Source: Dehalococcoidia bacterium (lineage in GTDB: Bacteria; Chloroflexota; Dehalococcoidia; Lucifugimonadales; VXLM01). From it: a stretch of DNA of 64,000 nt. Shown piece by piece: positions 38,308 to 48,411 of this stretch (its first letter is position 1; every line of letters starts with the position of its first letter). A program made the position numbers and the translations under genes. The notes beneath the pieces were generated by a model. It made no database searches. It was not told where the DNA came from and saw nothing but the letters and a program-made list of their open reading frames with translations. The stretch lies in contig OY759598.1 in the NCBI GenBank assembly GCA_963662435.1, positions 1,830,507-1,894,506 of the forward strand, read 5' to 3'.

Positions 38308-40034
38308 CGTGCCACCTCCCACGGCGCGAAGTCGGGCTCCTCGACGAGGTCCTCGATGGTGCCGCCGGCCTTGATCATGGGATAGACGCGTTCCTCTTCC
38401 TCGACGATGAAGTCGATGACTACGGGCCCGTCGTGTGCCATGGCCTCTTCGATGGCCCCGCGCACCTGCACTTTGTCGGTGACGCGCATGGCCTTGATGC
38501 CAAAAGCCTCGGCGAGCTTCACGAAGTCAGGGTTCGCGGTGTAGGCCGTGGCAACGTAGCTCTTGTCATAGAAGAACTCCTGCCACTGGTGGACCATTCC
38601 GAGCACGTTGTTGTTGATGATGGCGAACTTCACGGGCAGGCGGTTCTCAACGATGGTGGCGAGCTCGCACATGGTCATCTGGAATCCGCCGTCTCCGGCG
38701 ACCGACCAGACGGCCTTATCGGGCGCGCCGACCTGCACACCCATGGCGCCGGGTACCTCGTAGCCCATCGCACCGGAACCTCCCGACGTGATGAACGTGC
38801 ACGGGTACTTGTAGGTGAAGTGCTGGGCCGCCCACATCTGGTGCTGGCCGACGCCGGTCACGACGACGGCGTCTCCGCCGGTTACCTCGGACAGCTCCTT
38901 GACGATGAGCTGTGGGAGGAGCTGGTTCGCGTCGCGGATGACGTGCGAGGGGTGCTCCGCCTTGAGTTCCTCGATTCGATGGAGCCAGTCGGTATGGGTA
39001 TTTTCCTTGACCTGTGGGTTGAGCTTCGTCAGCACGCGTTTGAGGTCTCCCACGATGGGTACGTCGACCTCGATGTTCTTGCCGATTTCGGAGGGGTCGA
39101 TGTCGATGTGGATCTTCTTTGACCTTCGAGCGAACGCGCTCGGCTTGCCGGTGATGCGGTCGTCAAAGCGCATGCCCAGGGCGATGAGAAGGTCGGCTTC
39201 CTCGATGGCGATGCTCGCGTAGGCCATGCCGTGCATGCCCGGCATCCCGACGCACAGGATGTGGTCGTCGGGGAATGAGCTGATGCCAAGAAGGGTGGTG
39301 ATAACCGGGATCTGGGCCTTCTCGGCAAGCTCCCGGAGCTCGTCGTAGGCGCCTGAAAAGGTGATTCCGTGACCAGCGAGAATAACAGGACGTTCCGCCT
39401 CGTCGATCAGCTTGACGGCCTTCTTGATCTGGCTGTTATGGCCCTTCAGGTTCGGCTTGTAACCTGGCAGGTCGATCTCCAGGGCATTGTAGTATTCATC
39501 GAACGTTTCGTAGGGAAGCTCGACCTCCTCGGTCTGGACGTCCTTCGGCACGTCGATAACGACGGGGCCGGGCCTGCCGGTGCCTGCGATGTGGAAGGCC
39601 TCCTTGACCACCTGCGGTATCTCCAGGGGGTCCATCACCAGCGTGTTGTGCTTGGTGATGGGGAGGGTGATGCCCGTGGTGTCGGTCTCCTGGAAGGCGT
39701 CCGTTCCAATGGAGGCGCGCGCAACCTGTCCGACGACGGCGACGACGGGGATGGAGTCCATTTGGGCCGTCGCTATGCCGGTTATGAGGTTCGTGGCTCC
39801 GGGGCCGGACGTGGCCCAGCATACGCCGACCTTGCCGGTTACGCGGGCGTAGCCGTCGGCGGCGTGGGCAGCGCCCTGCTCGTGACGAGTCAGAATGTGT
39901 CGAATCTGCGGGTACTCCGGCAGGGTCTGGTAGAGAGGCAGGATCGCTCCGCCGGGAAGACCAAAGATCTCTACGACGCCCTCACGTACCAGGCTCTCAC
40001 ACAGTAGCTGCGATCCGTTCATTCGGATTCCCAT
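38304..40034 (-). CDS. ilvB: Acetolactate synthase large subunit
   Basis: FGLPGGAILP, RHEQGA.HAADGYAR, TSGPGATN and GDGGFQM motifs. ATG at 40034 after GGAGGTGA. Confidence 0.97.
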   Translation of the reverse strand: MGIRMNGSQLLCESLVREGVVEIFGLPGGAILPLYQTLPEYPQIRHILTRHEQGAAHAADGYARVTGKVGVCWATSGPGATNLITGIATAQMDSIPVVAVVGQVARASIGTDAFQETDTTGITLPITKHNTLVMDPLEIPQVVKEAFHIAGTGRPGPVVIDVPKDVQTEEVELPYETFDEYYNALEIDLPGYKPNLKGHNSQIKKAVKLIDEAERPVILAGHGITFSGAYDELRELAEKAQIPVITTLLGISSFPDDHILCVGMPGMHGMAYASIAIEEADLLIALGMRFDDRITGKPSAFARRSKKIHIDIDPSEIGKNIEVDVPIVGDLKRVLTKLNPQVKENTHTDWLHRIEELKAEHPSHVIRDANQLLPQLIVKELSEVTGGDAVVVTGVGQHQMWAAQHFTYKYPCTFITSGGSGAMGYEVPGAMGVQVGAPDKAVWSVAGDGGFQMTMCELATIVENRLPVKFAIINNNVLGMVHQWQEFFYDKSYVATAYTANPDFVKLAEAFGIKAMRVTDKVQVRGAIEEAMAHDGPVVIDFIVEEEERVYPMIKAGGTIEDLVEEPDFAPWEVAR

Positions 40035-40091
40035 GATCTTCGTCACCTCCCGTCTTCGGAGTGTTTTCTTCCACCGCCCTGGCGAACTAAG

Positions 40092-40416
40092 AAAAAAGTC
40101 CCGCCCCATCAAAGGGACGGGACTGCTGATTAGACAATTCCCGCGGTACCACCCTCGTTCCCTCCGAACCCTTACTGCATCTTTCCCGGCGAGGGAGAGA
40201 CCATGTGTGGGTGCTTGGAGGACACTCATGGCTCCGTGGAGCCGGGCCGTAACGGGGCCTGACCGCCCTTCCCTACGCCGGACTCACACCTGAGGTGATG
40301 TCCTGTATCAGGAAGGATGCTCGGGGGCGAGTTCGCGGTCGCTGTCACGCCGGGGCTTCCACCAAAATACCCCGTTCTCTATCGCGCGCGTTCCGCTACT
40401 ACTCCCCTTCCACGCA
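40092..40416 (-). promoter_or_regulatory. T-box riboswitch (Leu, CUC specifier) with terminator
   Basis: Minus strand shows AGTA, AGAGA, GGTGGAA, GAA-CTC specifier (40329-40331), GGTGGTACCGCG T-box (40142-40153) and terminator GTCCCGTCCC/GGGGCGGGAC-TTTTTT. Confidence 0.92.
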
Positions 40417-40596
40417 TACTTCAAGTATTCGAATGTTACGCAAGTGTTAGGCTAGCACGCACAAGGTTGGTTCGTCAACTGATTTTTGTACCTTGAAGCA
40501 GCTTGCGAGGGCTTCCCACCCATGGACTAGATGCGTTCCCTTTATCACTCTCCACGAACACTCGGAGACGACGGCTGGGTGATTCGGTCGTAAGAA

Positions 40597-42618
40597 CTAG
40601 AGGCCGATGAAGTCCCAGCGGACCAGTCGCTCAAGCCACCATGCCAGAGCAATGAGAGCAAGGGTGTAATGTATCCTCCCCCAGACCGACCACCATCGTT
40701 TCCACCATGCGCGGAATGTCAGATAGACAACCAGTGCGGTCGCGGCCCAGACGAGGTAAGGCACGACGAACCACGGGCGTACCGAGGAGAAGTATCCGAA
40801 GTTCCTGACAAGATTATCGGTTAAGTCCCCGTTATCGAGGACCCACCTTGTGAATCCCCATGTGGCGAACAGTGCCACGGCGGCGAGCAATCTAGCCAGC
40901 CATGGTTGCGAAATAACTGAGCCGGGGCCCCCGCGAAGGATACTAAACAGGAAGAGCAGCGGCCATATGGTAAAGACGGAATATGTGACGTACAGGTGTG
41001 CCCTGTTCAGCCATGACTCCAACCCTTCCGGGATCGGTGGATTCACCGCATCAAAGTGCCACGTATCCATAGCACGGGGACCCCGGTTAAGGTACATGTC
41101 AGAGAAGCTAGTTTCACTTGCAACGGTGCATGGAGACACGGGGTTGGTGGTGGGTGACTTGAGGAATTTGGTCATGAGCGTCTGACCGCACTGAGTGTCT
41201 ATCCCAACTCCATGACCCGTCATTGGGAGGACGAACGAATAGCTGCTGCTCAGCGTCTCGGAGGCGATGTCCGCCCATCGAGGCGGAGTTGCCGGGTCGA
41301 ATTGGCCCGATAGCAGGAGCGTTGGAATGTCACTCACAACAGGCTCGTCCTCAATCGGGTCGACGGGCATCCTTTGCCACCAATCACACAAGGCAGGGAT
41401 CAAGAGCGGATACTTGGGGCTATAGAACTTTCGGTGTGCCTCACGGTCGGAGGCTAGAATTTCGTGGTCCAAGGTTGGTCCAAAGGAGTAGCATGACATC
41501 GCCACGGTTGCCGCAGAATTGTCGATAGGCTCCAGCCTCGTCCGGTACACCGGACGGGCCCATCCATCGACGACAGCGACGTCTCCGTTTGCAAGCTCGT
41601 TTATCAAGAAGGGGACGTACGGGATCCAACGTTCGCTTCTCATGGAGGAAACGACACGTCCGATGACGAAGTCTCCATTGAATTCCTCCTCATACGTGTC
41701 ATCGGCGTATCGATCGTAGTATCGGAGCTCTAAAGGCTCATCGTTGTACCGATCAACCGCCTTCCAGAAGCTCTCCTCCAGATCTGGGTAACGCTTCGAG
41801 CATTCAGGATCGACTTCGCATCGACGAAACAGCTCATCCAGGGTGGCCGCCTGATTGCCAAAGAGCGAATGATAGTGATTTACCTGAAGGGGAAGTACGC
41901 CGTCGAGGACTACGCTTCTTATGTTGTCCGGGAAGTCCCTCATGACGGTCAGGGCCAAGACCGTTCCATAGGAGACGCCATAAAGATTGAACGAGTCGTA
42001 GCCCATGGCGGAGGCGATATCGACCACGTCGGCGGCCGTGGAGGCGGAGTTATAGGTGTCCAGATCGATCCCCTGCTCGGTGGAAAGTGTCTTTCTGCAG
42101 TCCATGAGCGCCTCCACTTGCCATTGGAGCCTTTCCTCTGGACTAGGGTCTAGATGGCGTAGCTCGGCGGCTCCGTGTCGATAGTCGGCACATTCCAGTC
42201 TAGGCTTGGAGCCACCGATGCCGCGCTGATCGAACAGGACGAGGTCGCGCTCGGCATAGAGAAAACGGGCATTGTCGATGAAGCGCTGGGCGGACCTCGT
42301 CGCGCTTCCGCCGGGGCCGCCTGCGAGGTAGATTACCGGATCGGGGTTCAGAACCCGACTTATCCCTTGAATTCGGACAACGTAGAGTTCAATCGTGTTT
42401 CCGCTGAGAGTGGCTCGATTTTCGAGGACGGTAACGAACCCGCAGGTCAAGGTAACGTCGCCGGGAATACCGAGGTTATCCGGACAGGTACTGTGATCGA
42501 AGCGCGGCGGTGGTTCTTGAGCGAAGGCATGGCCTGAGACTAGCAGGATGCCGGCAAGCGCGAGGGCTATCGCTGCGAACAAGTGCGGTTTTCCCGGGCG
42601 GCGTCGATTCACTGCCAA
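40597..42618 (-). CDS. Secreted, membrane-anchored alpha/beta hydrolase (TAP-like peptidase/esterase)
   Basis: Signal peptide, LAGGPGGS, FDQRG.G, GVSYG nucleophile, GQFDPATP and GHG motifs, plus C-terminal TM helices. Confidence 0.87.
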   Translation of the reverse strand: MAVNRRRPGKPHLFAAIALALAGILLVSGHAFAQEPPPRFDHSTCPDNLGIPGDVTLTCGFVTVLENRATLSGNTIELYVVRIQGISRVLNPDPVIYLAGGPGGSATRSAQRFIDNARFLYAERDLVLFDQRGIGGSKPRLECADYRHGAAELRHLDPSPEERLQWQVEALMDCRKTLSTEQGIDLDTYNSASTAADVVDIASAMGYDSFNLYGVSYGTVLALTVMRDFPDNIRSVVLDGVLPLQVNHYHSLFGNQAATLDELFRRCEVDPECSKRYPDLEESFWKAVDRYNDEPLELRYYDRYADDTYEEEFNGDFVIGRVVSSMRSERWIPYVPFLINELANGDVAVVDGWARPVYRTRLEPIDNSAATVAMSCYSFGPTLDHEILASDREAHRKFYSPKYPLLIPALCDWWQRMPVDPIEDEPVVSDIPTLLLSGQFDPATPPRWADIASETLSSSYSFVLPMTGHGVGIDTQCGQTLMTKFLKSPTTNPVSPCTVASETSFSDMYLNRGPRAMDTWHFDAVNPPIPEGLESWLNRAHLYVTYSVFTIWPLLFLFSILRGGPGSVISQPWLARLLAAVALFATWGFTRWVLDNGDLTDNLVRNFGYFSSVRPWFVVPYLVWAATALVVYLTFRAWWKRWWSVWGRIHYTLALIALAWWLERLVRWDFIGL

Positions 42619-42687
42619 TGGTCAGCCTTTCGAGCATCGCACTGTTGGTCGTTCCGCGCTCTCAGCAGTTCGATGTACACGCATCGT

Positions 42688-42900
42688 TCATTTGACCTTG
42701 TCATCCGGGGATTCGGGGAGGAACCACCGACGGAACAGGTAGAGGAGGAAGACGATGATTACTCCGAGTGCGCCGAGGGAGACGTTCCCCGTGAAGACGG
42801 CAAAGGTGAATATGGCAATTGAGAGTATGAAGAGCCCTACGAATATCCAGTAGAGTGTCACGAATGTCCTCCATGTCGAGCTCGATCCTGTGTGAATCAT
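42688..42900 (-). CDS. Small two-TM membrane protein (hypothetical)
   Basis: 70-aa ORF with two clear hydrophobic helices. Confidence 0.5.
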   Translation of the reverse strand: MIHTGSSSTWRTFVTLYWIFVGLFILSIAIFTFAVFTGNVSLGALGVIIVFLLYLFRRWFLPESPDDKVK

Positions 42901-42994
42901 ACACGTTCGAGGCCGTATTCTATTGGTTTAGGGTAGAAAGCTGCAGCGCAATGGCATAGGGTAGTGTCGCCAACACCTTGAGCGTGGAGACGAG

Positions 42995-44377
42995 ATGAGC
43001 AAAATAGCCGAGATCCAAGCAGTTGTCGATCGTCTGAATGAAGAGAGCAACGGCAGCATTCGCCGGTACGGGTTCGAATTTGATGAAGCGTGGATAGAGT
43101 CTTTCCTCAGTGATCGCTCGGTTGACGAGGCGACCGATGAGTTGACGACATTTGCGGAGTGGCACGTATGGGTCAACCGGCAGAATCACGACGGTGTGAC
43201 CCTGACGCCGTTATTGAAGGACTATCTCCTTCAGCCGGGGACGATCAAAGACAAGCTGGCTGAGATCGACCGGCTTCGGAAAAACACGCGAATGGGACGC
43301 TTCGATCCCAGTAATGAGGTCGAGCGCGATCTCGAATACCACCGGTTCAACTGGGCTTATCACGAGGAGATCGAGCCCGACTTCGACCCGTTCACCAATG
43401 CTCCCTACAATGAGTTCGTAAATCTGCCCCTGCTCGGTCCGCAGACTTACGAGGAGCTCGTTCTCGACGGGCAGAACCTCGTCGAGGCAAGGAGAGTGGC
43501 CTACGAGGCGTATACGCTGCTTGGGTTCCTGCTGAGGTTCCGCGCGGAGACGACACGCCCGATTGTCATCATCGGCAACGACCGGTACGGAAGGCAGTGG
43601 GGAGTCGAGGCGTTGGAAGAGTATCTTAAGGACGATTTCACGATCGTCTATCCCCGTGTGCCCTCCCACAGGTCGACTCGGCTGACGGTACCGAACATGA
43701 TTCTAAGGTCAGGAGTCCGCGCCGGTCCGGATCGTGGGACGATTCGGTACCTCAGCAGCGAGATGCCGCACGTGATCGTCGTCGACGCGCGGAACGTGGG
43801 GCAGGGCAAGGACAGGTTGGTGATGCGGATGTCGCGCGGGGCGAGGGACTACGCCAACTGGTTCATCGCGTTCAATGACCTCCGGGCGGGAGGCGACGTC
43901 TCGAAGTACGAGGACAAGATGCCCCACGCTTCCAACCACTACCCGGAGCTCAAGAGGTGGTACGGCTTCGTGGAGGTGCAGAGGAAGATACGCCCATGGG
44001 TCGAACCGGGCGAGACGTATTCGATGACGATGTGGGCGCCGGAGATTACCGACGAGACGATGCTTGGAGACTTCCGAGTGAAGACGCGGCCGGTTGAGTA
44101 TGGTTCGGACGCCCCGCAGGTGGTGATGGCGAATCCGATCATCTACCGCACGGATGGGGACGATCCCGACATCCATGAGAACCTGCGGGGGAACCGGCCA
44201 TACTATTACGACGGGCCGGAGCGTCACGTTAAGCACGAGCTGCAATTCGGGTTCGGCGATCATGGTCTGGAGTCGAGGGTCATCGGCAACACTTCGGATG
44301 AGTTGGTGGAGGCCGTCCAGGAATTTATGAGACAAGAGGTGGCGAGGCTCCTTGCTGAGGAAGGAAGTAATGCCTAG
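42995..44377 (+). CDS. Hypothetical protein
   Basis: 460-aa ORF with GGAG RBS and genome-typical codon usage. No motif recognised. Confidence 0.75.
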   Translation: MSKIAEIQAVVDRLNEESNGSIRRYGFEFDEAWIESFLSDRSVDEATDELTTFAEWHVWVNRQNHDGVTLTPLLKDYLLQPGTIKDKLAEIDRLRKNTRMGRFDPSNEVERDLEYHRFNWAYHEEIEPDFDPFTNAPYNEFVNLPLLGPQTYEELVLDGQNLVEARRVAYEAYTLLGFLLRFRAETTRPIVIIGNDRYGRQWGVEALEEYLKDDFTIVYPRVPSHRSTRLTVPNMILRSGVRAGPDRGTIRYLSSEMPHVIVVDARNVGQGKDRLVMRMSRGARDYANWFIAFNDLRAGGDVSKYEDKMPHASNHYPELKRWYGFVEVQRKIRPWVEPGETYSMTMWAPEITDETMLGDFRVKTRPVEYGSDAPQVVMANPIIYRTDGDDPDIHENLRGNRPYYYDGPERHVKHELQFGFGDHGLESRVIGNTSDELVEAVQEFMRQEVARLLAEEGSNA

Positions 44378-44572
44378 CATGCCAAAGTCCACGGCAACTT
44401 TGAGAGCCCGCGCTGTTATGCGTTTGAAGTATAATGTGACTTCCTAAGAAACTTCGTCGCCAAGAATCCTTCCGCCGAGCACGTCAATGACCAGACCACA
44501 CGATCTGGGTGTCTACGCGCTCGTTCAGAAGGGCCTTCCCCAATAAACGAAACACATATCCCACTACAAGAG

Positions 44573-47500
44573 ATGCGCAAATTAACGAACGCACGGCTCG
44601 TGTCCAATCGATTATTGGACGAGTGGAAGCTCCTATCGAGCGTGTTCATCGGCATACTTGTCGCCGTGACTATCAGTGTGGGGTCAACGGTATACCTCAC
44701 CGCCCTTGAACAGCTGGCTTTCCGGGTATCACTCAACCAAATTGCCGCGCCCCAGCTCAACCTCAGCGTCTTCGCCAAGCGCATTCCTCTCACTGCCGAG
44801 TCCGTGGACGAGCTGGACCAACTCGTCCATTCGATAGCGACTGAACACATCGAGGACCTGTACGCGGGACAGGAGATATACCTCAGGGGCACCGCGTCCA
44901 TTGTAGGGACGGACGAGATGCCCCTGCCGGCCGCTGGCGACCAGGAGTCCCTACCAGTGGTCTTGGACGGTTTCTTTCACACACTGACCAACTTCGAGAA
45001 TCGATCGATATTTGTAGATGGTCGGGCCCCAAGTACGGCGGTTGAGGAGACATCCGACGGGATTACGATTGAGGCGGTGATATCGGAGCAGGTAGCCGAG
45101 GACTCGGAACTTGGCACCGGAGACTCGGTTGTCGTGGCCGTGGACGCGTTTGTGGAAACGAGGATCACGGCAAATATCGTGGGGGTCTTTCAAGCCGACG
45201 ACATCACGGACGAGTTCTGGTCGATGGCTGCGCTCGTACTCACCTCCCAATCCAGGCCGGCGCAGGGTGGCGAGGAATCGGGATTCCCACCGCCCGACGG
45301 CGTGTTGTGGGACGAAAACCAGAATCTGGCAATAGGTCTCTTCGTTCGCATCGAGGTCTTGACGGACGCCATTGGGCCCGCATACGAGAGGACGCTGGTC
45401 AATCCCATCGTCTTTGGAAAGATTGACAAGGAAAAGCTGAGCACCTGGACGGCAGCCGGATTCGTCCAACGTCTGGACCTGCTTGAGGACGACATCTACA
45501 ATTCGATTGCCGGAGCAACCGTAAGCTCAGGAACGGTACGCGGGCTGATCGCAAACGTCGGTCGGCGAGTGTTCTTCTCAAGGATTCCCCTGCTCTTCCT
45601 GCTTACGATCATGGTCGTCACGGTGTTGTTCTACATGACGATGATGGTCTCCTACCTTGCTAAGAGCAGGGAACGGGACTCGGCGCTAATGCGGACACGG
45701 GGGGTTGGACTCTCTGAGCTCCTGCGTCTCTACTCGATCGAAGGCGTCGTGATGTGCCTGCTGGCATTCATCCTGGGACCCCTGATCTCGTTTGCGACGA
45801 TCGCTCTGGTCGGGCTCGTGCCTCCGTTTCGCGCTACGACCGGAGGCGAGCTCCTTCTGGTGAGGGCTGACCCTCTCTCCTTCGCAATCGGCGCGGGAGT
45901 GGCGCTGCTGTGTCTGTTCCTGTACGTGGCCTTCGGGGCGGCCGGAGCACGGAGCGGCCTACTCGTACAAAAGAACAAGTCGGCACGACCGGCAACTATG
46001 TCGTTCTTTCACAGGTACTATTTCGACGTAGGGCTGGTGGCCGTCGGAGGGCTGGTCTTTTGGGAGCTTCAGAGCAGGGAGCAGATCGTTTCGAGCGGCC
46101 TCTTCACCGAGCTCCAGGTTAACGAGACGCTGCTTTTCGGCCCGATCCTCTTTCTCGTCGTGGTTGCCTTGTTCTTCATGCGGCTGTTTCCCCTGTTCGT
46201 CCGCTACATCGGCGGTGAGTCGCGAGGTCTCATTCATCTGATCGCCGGTTTCTCCGTTGTTGGACTGGCGGGTGGATCACTATTCTCGAGTTACCAAGAT
46301 GGTGTGCTCTCCGATGCTTACGTACCTGCGGCCCTGGCATTGGCGGCTGGCGTAGCATACTACGTAACTCTGCAGTACCTCAGTGGAAAGTGGATGTGGG
46401 CAGGCATGGCCGTTCAGGCGGTTCCTGTCGCGGGGTACGCGCTCGCCGGGGATATTCAGCCGTCCAACACACTCTTTGTCGCGGAGATCGGACTCCTGGC
46501 ATTAGTGCCGGCCCAAGTGCTGTACGAACTGCTCTCGCTTGTTATCCGATCGGCCCCGGCGTGGCTTTCAATCAGCCTGTGGCACATGGCCCGAAATCCG
46601 CTGCAGTACACGTGGCTGGTGCTCCTCCTTGTGCTGGTAACCGGCCTCGGTATTTTTGCGACCACGGTGGGGGGCACGCTGACCCGCAGCCAGGACGAGC
46701 AGATCCAATTCGGTACTCCAACCGACATGCGAATCCAGGGCACACCACTGTTTCTGAGGAAGGGGCTTCCGGGAATGCTGGAGGAATTCGTGGAGACTCC
46801 GGCGATAGACAGTGGAGCGCTCGGATACCGGTCAAGCGCGTCACTCGGCAGCGTGAGCATGCAGCTCCTGGCACTGGAACCCAAGGCGTTCGCCGATATC
46901 GCATGGTTCCGTGACGACTTCGCGGACCTGGAACTGGAAGAGATCATGGACTTGATCGCCGTGCCTGGAAAGCAGGGAGGAATTCTACTCCCGGAGAACT
47001 CGGAGAGCATCGGCCTGTGGATCAAGCCTCTTGAACCTCAGCCTCTGATGTCCATTTGGGTGGTGATACGAGACGCTGAAGGCAAGGTGAAAGCCATATC
47101 CCTCGGAGATGTAGGCAGTCTCGATTGGCATAGTGCGAGCACCGCCCTGCCCGATGAACTAGTGCAGCCTTTGAATCTCATGGCGGTATCGCTGTATGAG
47201 CCCGGAACCACAACGCAGACCTCGGGCGGGGGAACACCCGGAACGGTGCTGTTCGACAACGTTCACGTGGTACTTGCGGACGGGTCGGAGGTGGTATTGG
47301 AGGGATTCGAGGGAACCAATGTCTGGTCGCCGATACCCACAAGCTTCTTTAATTCCGACGTTCTCTACACTGCTGCGGACGACCCTTACGAGGGGAGCCG
47401 GGCCGGAGTCTTCACCTTCGGAACGAACAGAAACCGATCGGTTCGCGGGATATACGAGGCCGCTGGCAGAGGAGTAATTCCCGTAGTTGTCAGCCGTGGC

Positions 47501-48265
47501 GTCTCCGAGGCAACGGGCTTGCGCCCCGGAGTAACTCAGATCGTGAGCGTCTCGGGCTGGCTGGTCCCCATCGAGATCAAAGGAGTGATCGACCTCTTCC
47601 CAACGCTCAATACGGCGAACTCAGGGTTTATGCTGGCCGACATCGATGCACTGCTGGAGTACATGAACATGATGAGCCAGCTTTCAACCGTCGTGCCGAA
47701 TGAACTGTATCTTCGGAAGACGGGAGAGGCGCCTGAGGCCGTCGAGGAGATTTCCCAGGAGATGGAGAGGATCCTCCTCAAGGTGAATGACACGACGGAG
47801 CAGAGGGAGGAGATTCGCAGAGACCCGCTGCAGAACGCCGGGTGGAGGGCGCTTGTGTTCATGGCATTGGGCGTCGTTCTGCTGGCGGCGATTTTCGGTT
47901 ATGTGGCGTACATGCTCCTGGTGGGCGAGAGCAACAAGCACGAGATGGGATTCCTCCAGTCGCTTGGACTGTCGAAGATTCAGCTTCTGGGGCTGCTCAG
48001 CTTTGAACACTTGACCGTTGTGGCGCTGGGGCTTGGGGTTGGGACCTGGGCAGGCTTCCAGATGAGCCGACTCATGGTTGCGCCGCTGGCAGTCTCGGAT
48101 ATTGGCCAGTCGATAGTGCCGCCGTTCATTCTCGTTACCGACTGGACGTTGATGCTTCCGACATACGGAATGATCCTGGCGATATTCGTTACTGTAATGT
48201 TCATACTCTATCGCTCAATCGGTAAGACGAAACTGTTTGAATTGGCACGCAGTGGCGAAGCATAG
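44573..48265 (+). CDS. Very large FtsX/MacB-like ABC permease
   Basis: Two FtsX-type blocks (RERDSALMRTRG; KHEMGFLQSLG) separated by large extracytoplasmic domains. Confidence 0.85.
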   Translation: MRKLTNARLVSNRLLDEWKLLSSVFIGILVAVTISVGSTVYLTALEQLAFRVSLNQIAAPQLNLSVFAKRIPLTAESVDELDQLVHSIATEHIEDLYAGQEIYLRGTASIVGTDEMPLPAAGDQESLPVVLDGFFHTLTNFENRSIFVDGRAPSTAVEETSDGITIEAVISEQVAEDSELGTGDSVVVAVDAFVETRITANIVGVFQADDITDEFWSMAALVLTSQSRPAQGGEESGFPPPDGVLWDENQNLAIGLFVRIEVLTDAIGPAYERTLVNPIVFGKIDKEKLSTWTAAGFVQRLDLLEDDIYNSIAGATVSSGTVRGLIANVGRRVFFSRIPLLFLLTIMVVTVLFYMTMMVSYLAKSRERDSALMRTRGVGLSELLRLYSIEGVVMCLLAFILGPLISFATIALVGLVPPFRATTGGELLLVRADPLSFAIGAGVALLCLFLYVAFGAAGARSGLLVQKNKSARPATMSFFHRYYFDVGLVAVGGLVFWELQSREQIVSSGLFTELQVNETLLFGPILFLVVVALFFMRLFPLFVRYIGGESRGLIHLIAGFSVVGLAGGSLFSSYQDGVLSDAYVPAALALAAGVAYYVTLQYLSGKWMWAGMAVQAVPVAGYALAGDIQPSNTLFVAEIGLLALVPAQVLYELLSLVIRSAPAWLSISLWHMARNPLQYTWLVLLLVLVTGLGIFATTVGGTLTRSQDEQIQFGTPTDMRIQGTPLFLRKGLPGMLEEFVETPAIDSGALGYRSSASLGSVSMQLLALEPKAFADIAWFRDDFADLELEEIMDLIAVPGKQGGILLPENSESIGLWIKPLEPQPLMSIWVVIRDAEGKVKAISLGDVGSLDWHSASTALPDELVQPLNLMAVSLYEPGTTTQTSGGGTPGTVLFDNVHVVLADGSEVVLEGFEGTNVWSPIPTSFFNSDVLYTAADDPYEGSRAGVFTFGTNRNRSVRGIYEAAGRGVIPVVVSRGVSEATGLRPGVTQIVSVSGWLVPIEIKGVIDLFPTLNTANSGFMLADIDALLEYMNMMSQLSTVVPNELYLRKTGEAPEAVEEISQEMERILLKVNDTTEQREEIRRDPLQNAGWRALVFMALGVVLLAAIFGYVAYMLLVGESNKHEMGFLQSLGLSKIQLLGLLSFEHLTVVALGLGVGTWAGFQMSRLMVAPLAVSDIGQSIVPPFILVTDWTLMLPTYGMILAIFVTVMFILYRSIGKTKLFELARSGEA

Positions 48266-48411
48266 ACCGCCGAAATGATTCGAACGGATAGTAACTTTAG
48301 AGAGTCGCGGACGTACTAATAGGCAGTAAACTTTTCTCGACGGGGCGATTCAGCTACAATCCGAACGGTCGGGATAGGACTTAGCGGGACCCGAAGCTTA
48401 AGGGAGATGGA

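Noticed and set aside
36561..40007. Long antisense ORFs opposite ilvC/ilvB (and similar ones opposite other genes)
   Set aside because: These are shadow ORFs caused by high GC3 codon bias. The opposite strand holds clear conserved genes.
40035..40229. N-terminal extension of ilvB
   Set aside because: It overlaps the T-box antiterminator and terminator. The RBS supports ATG 40034.
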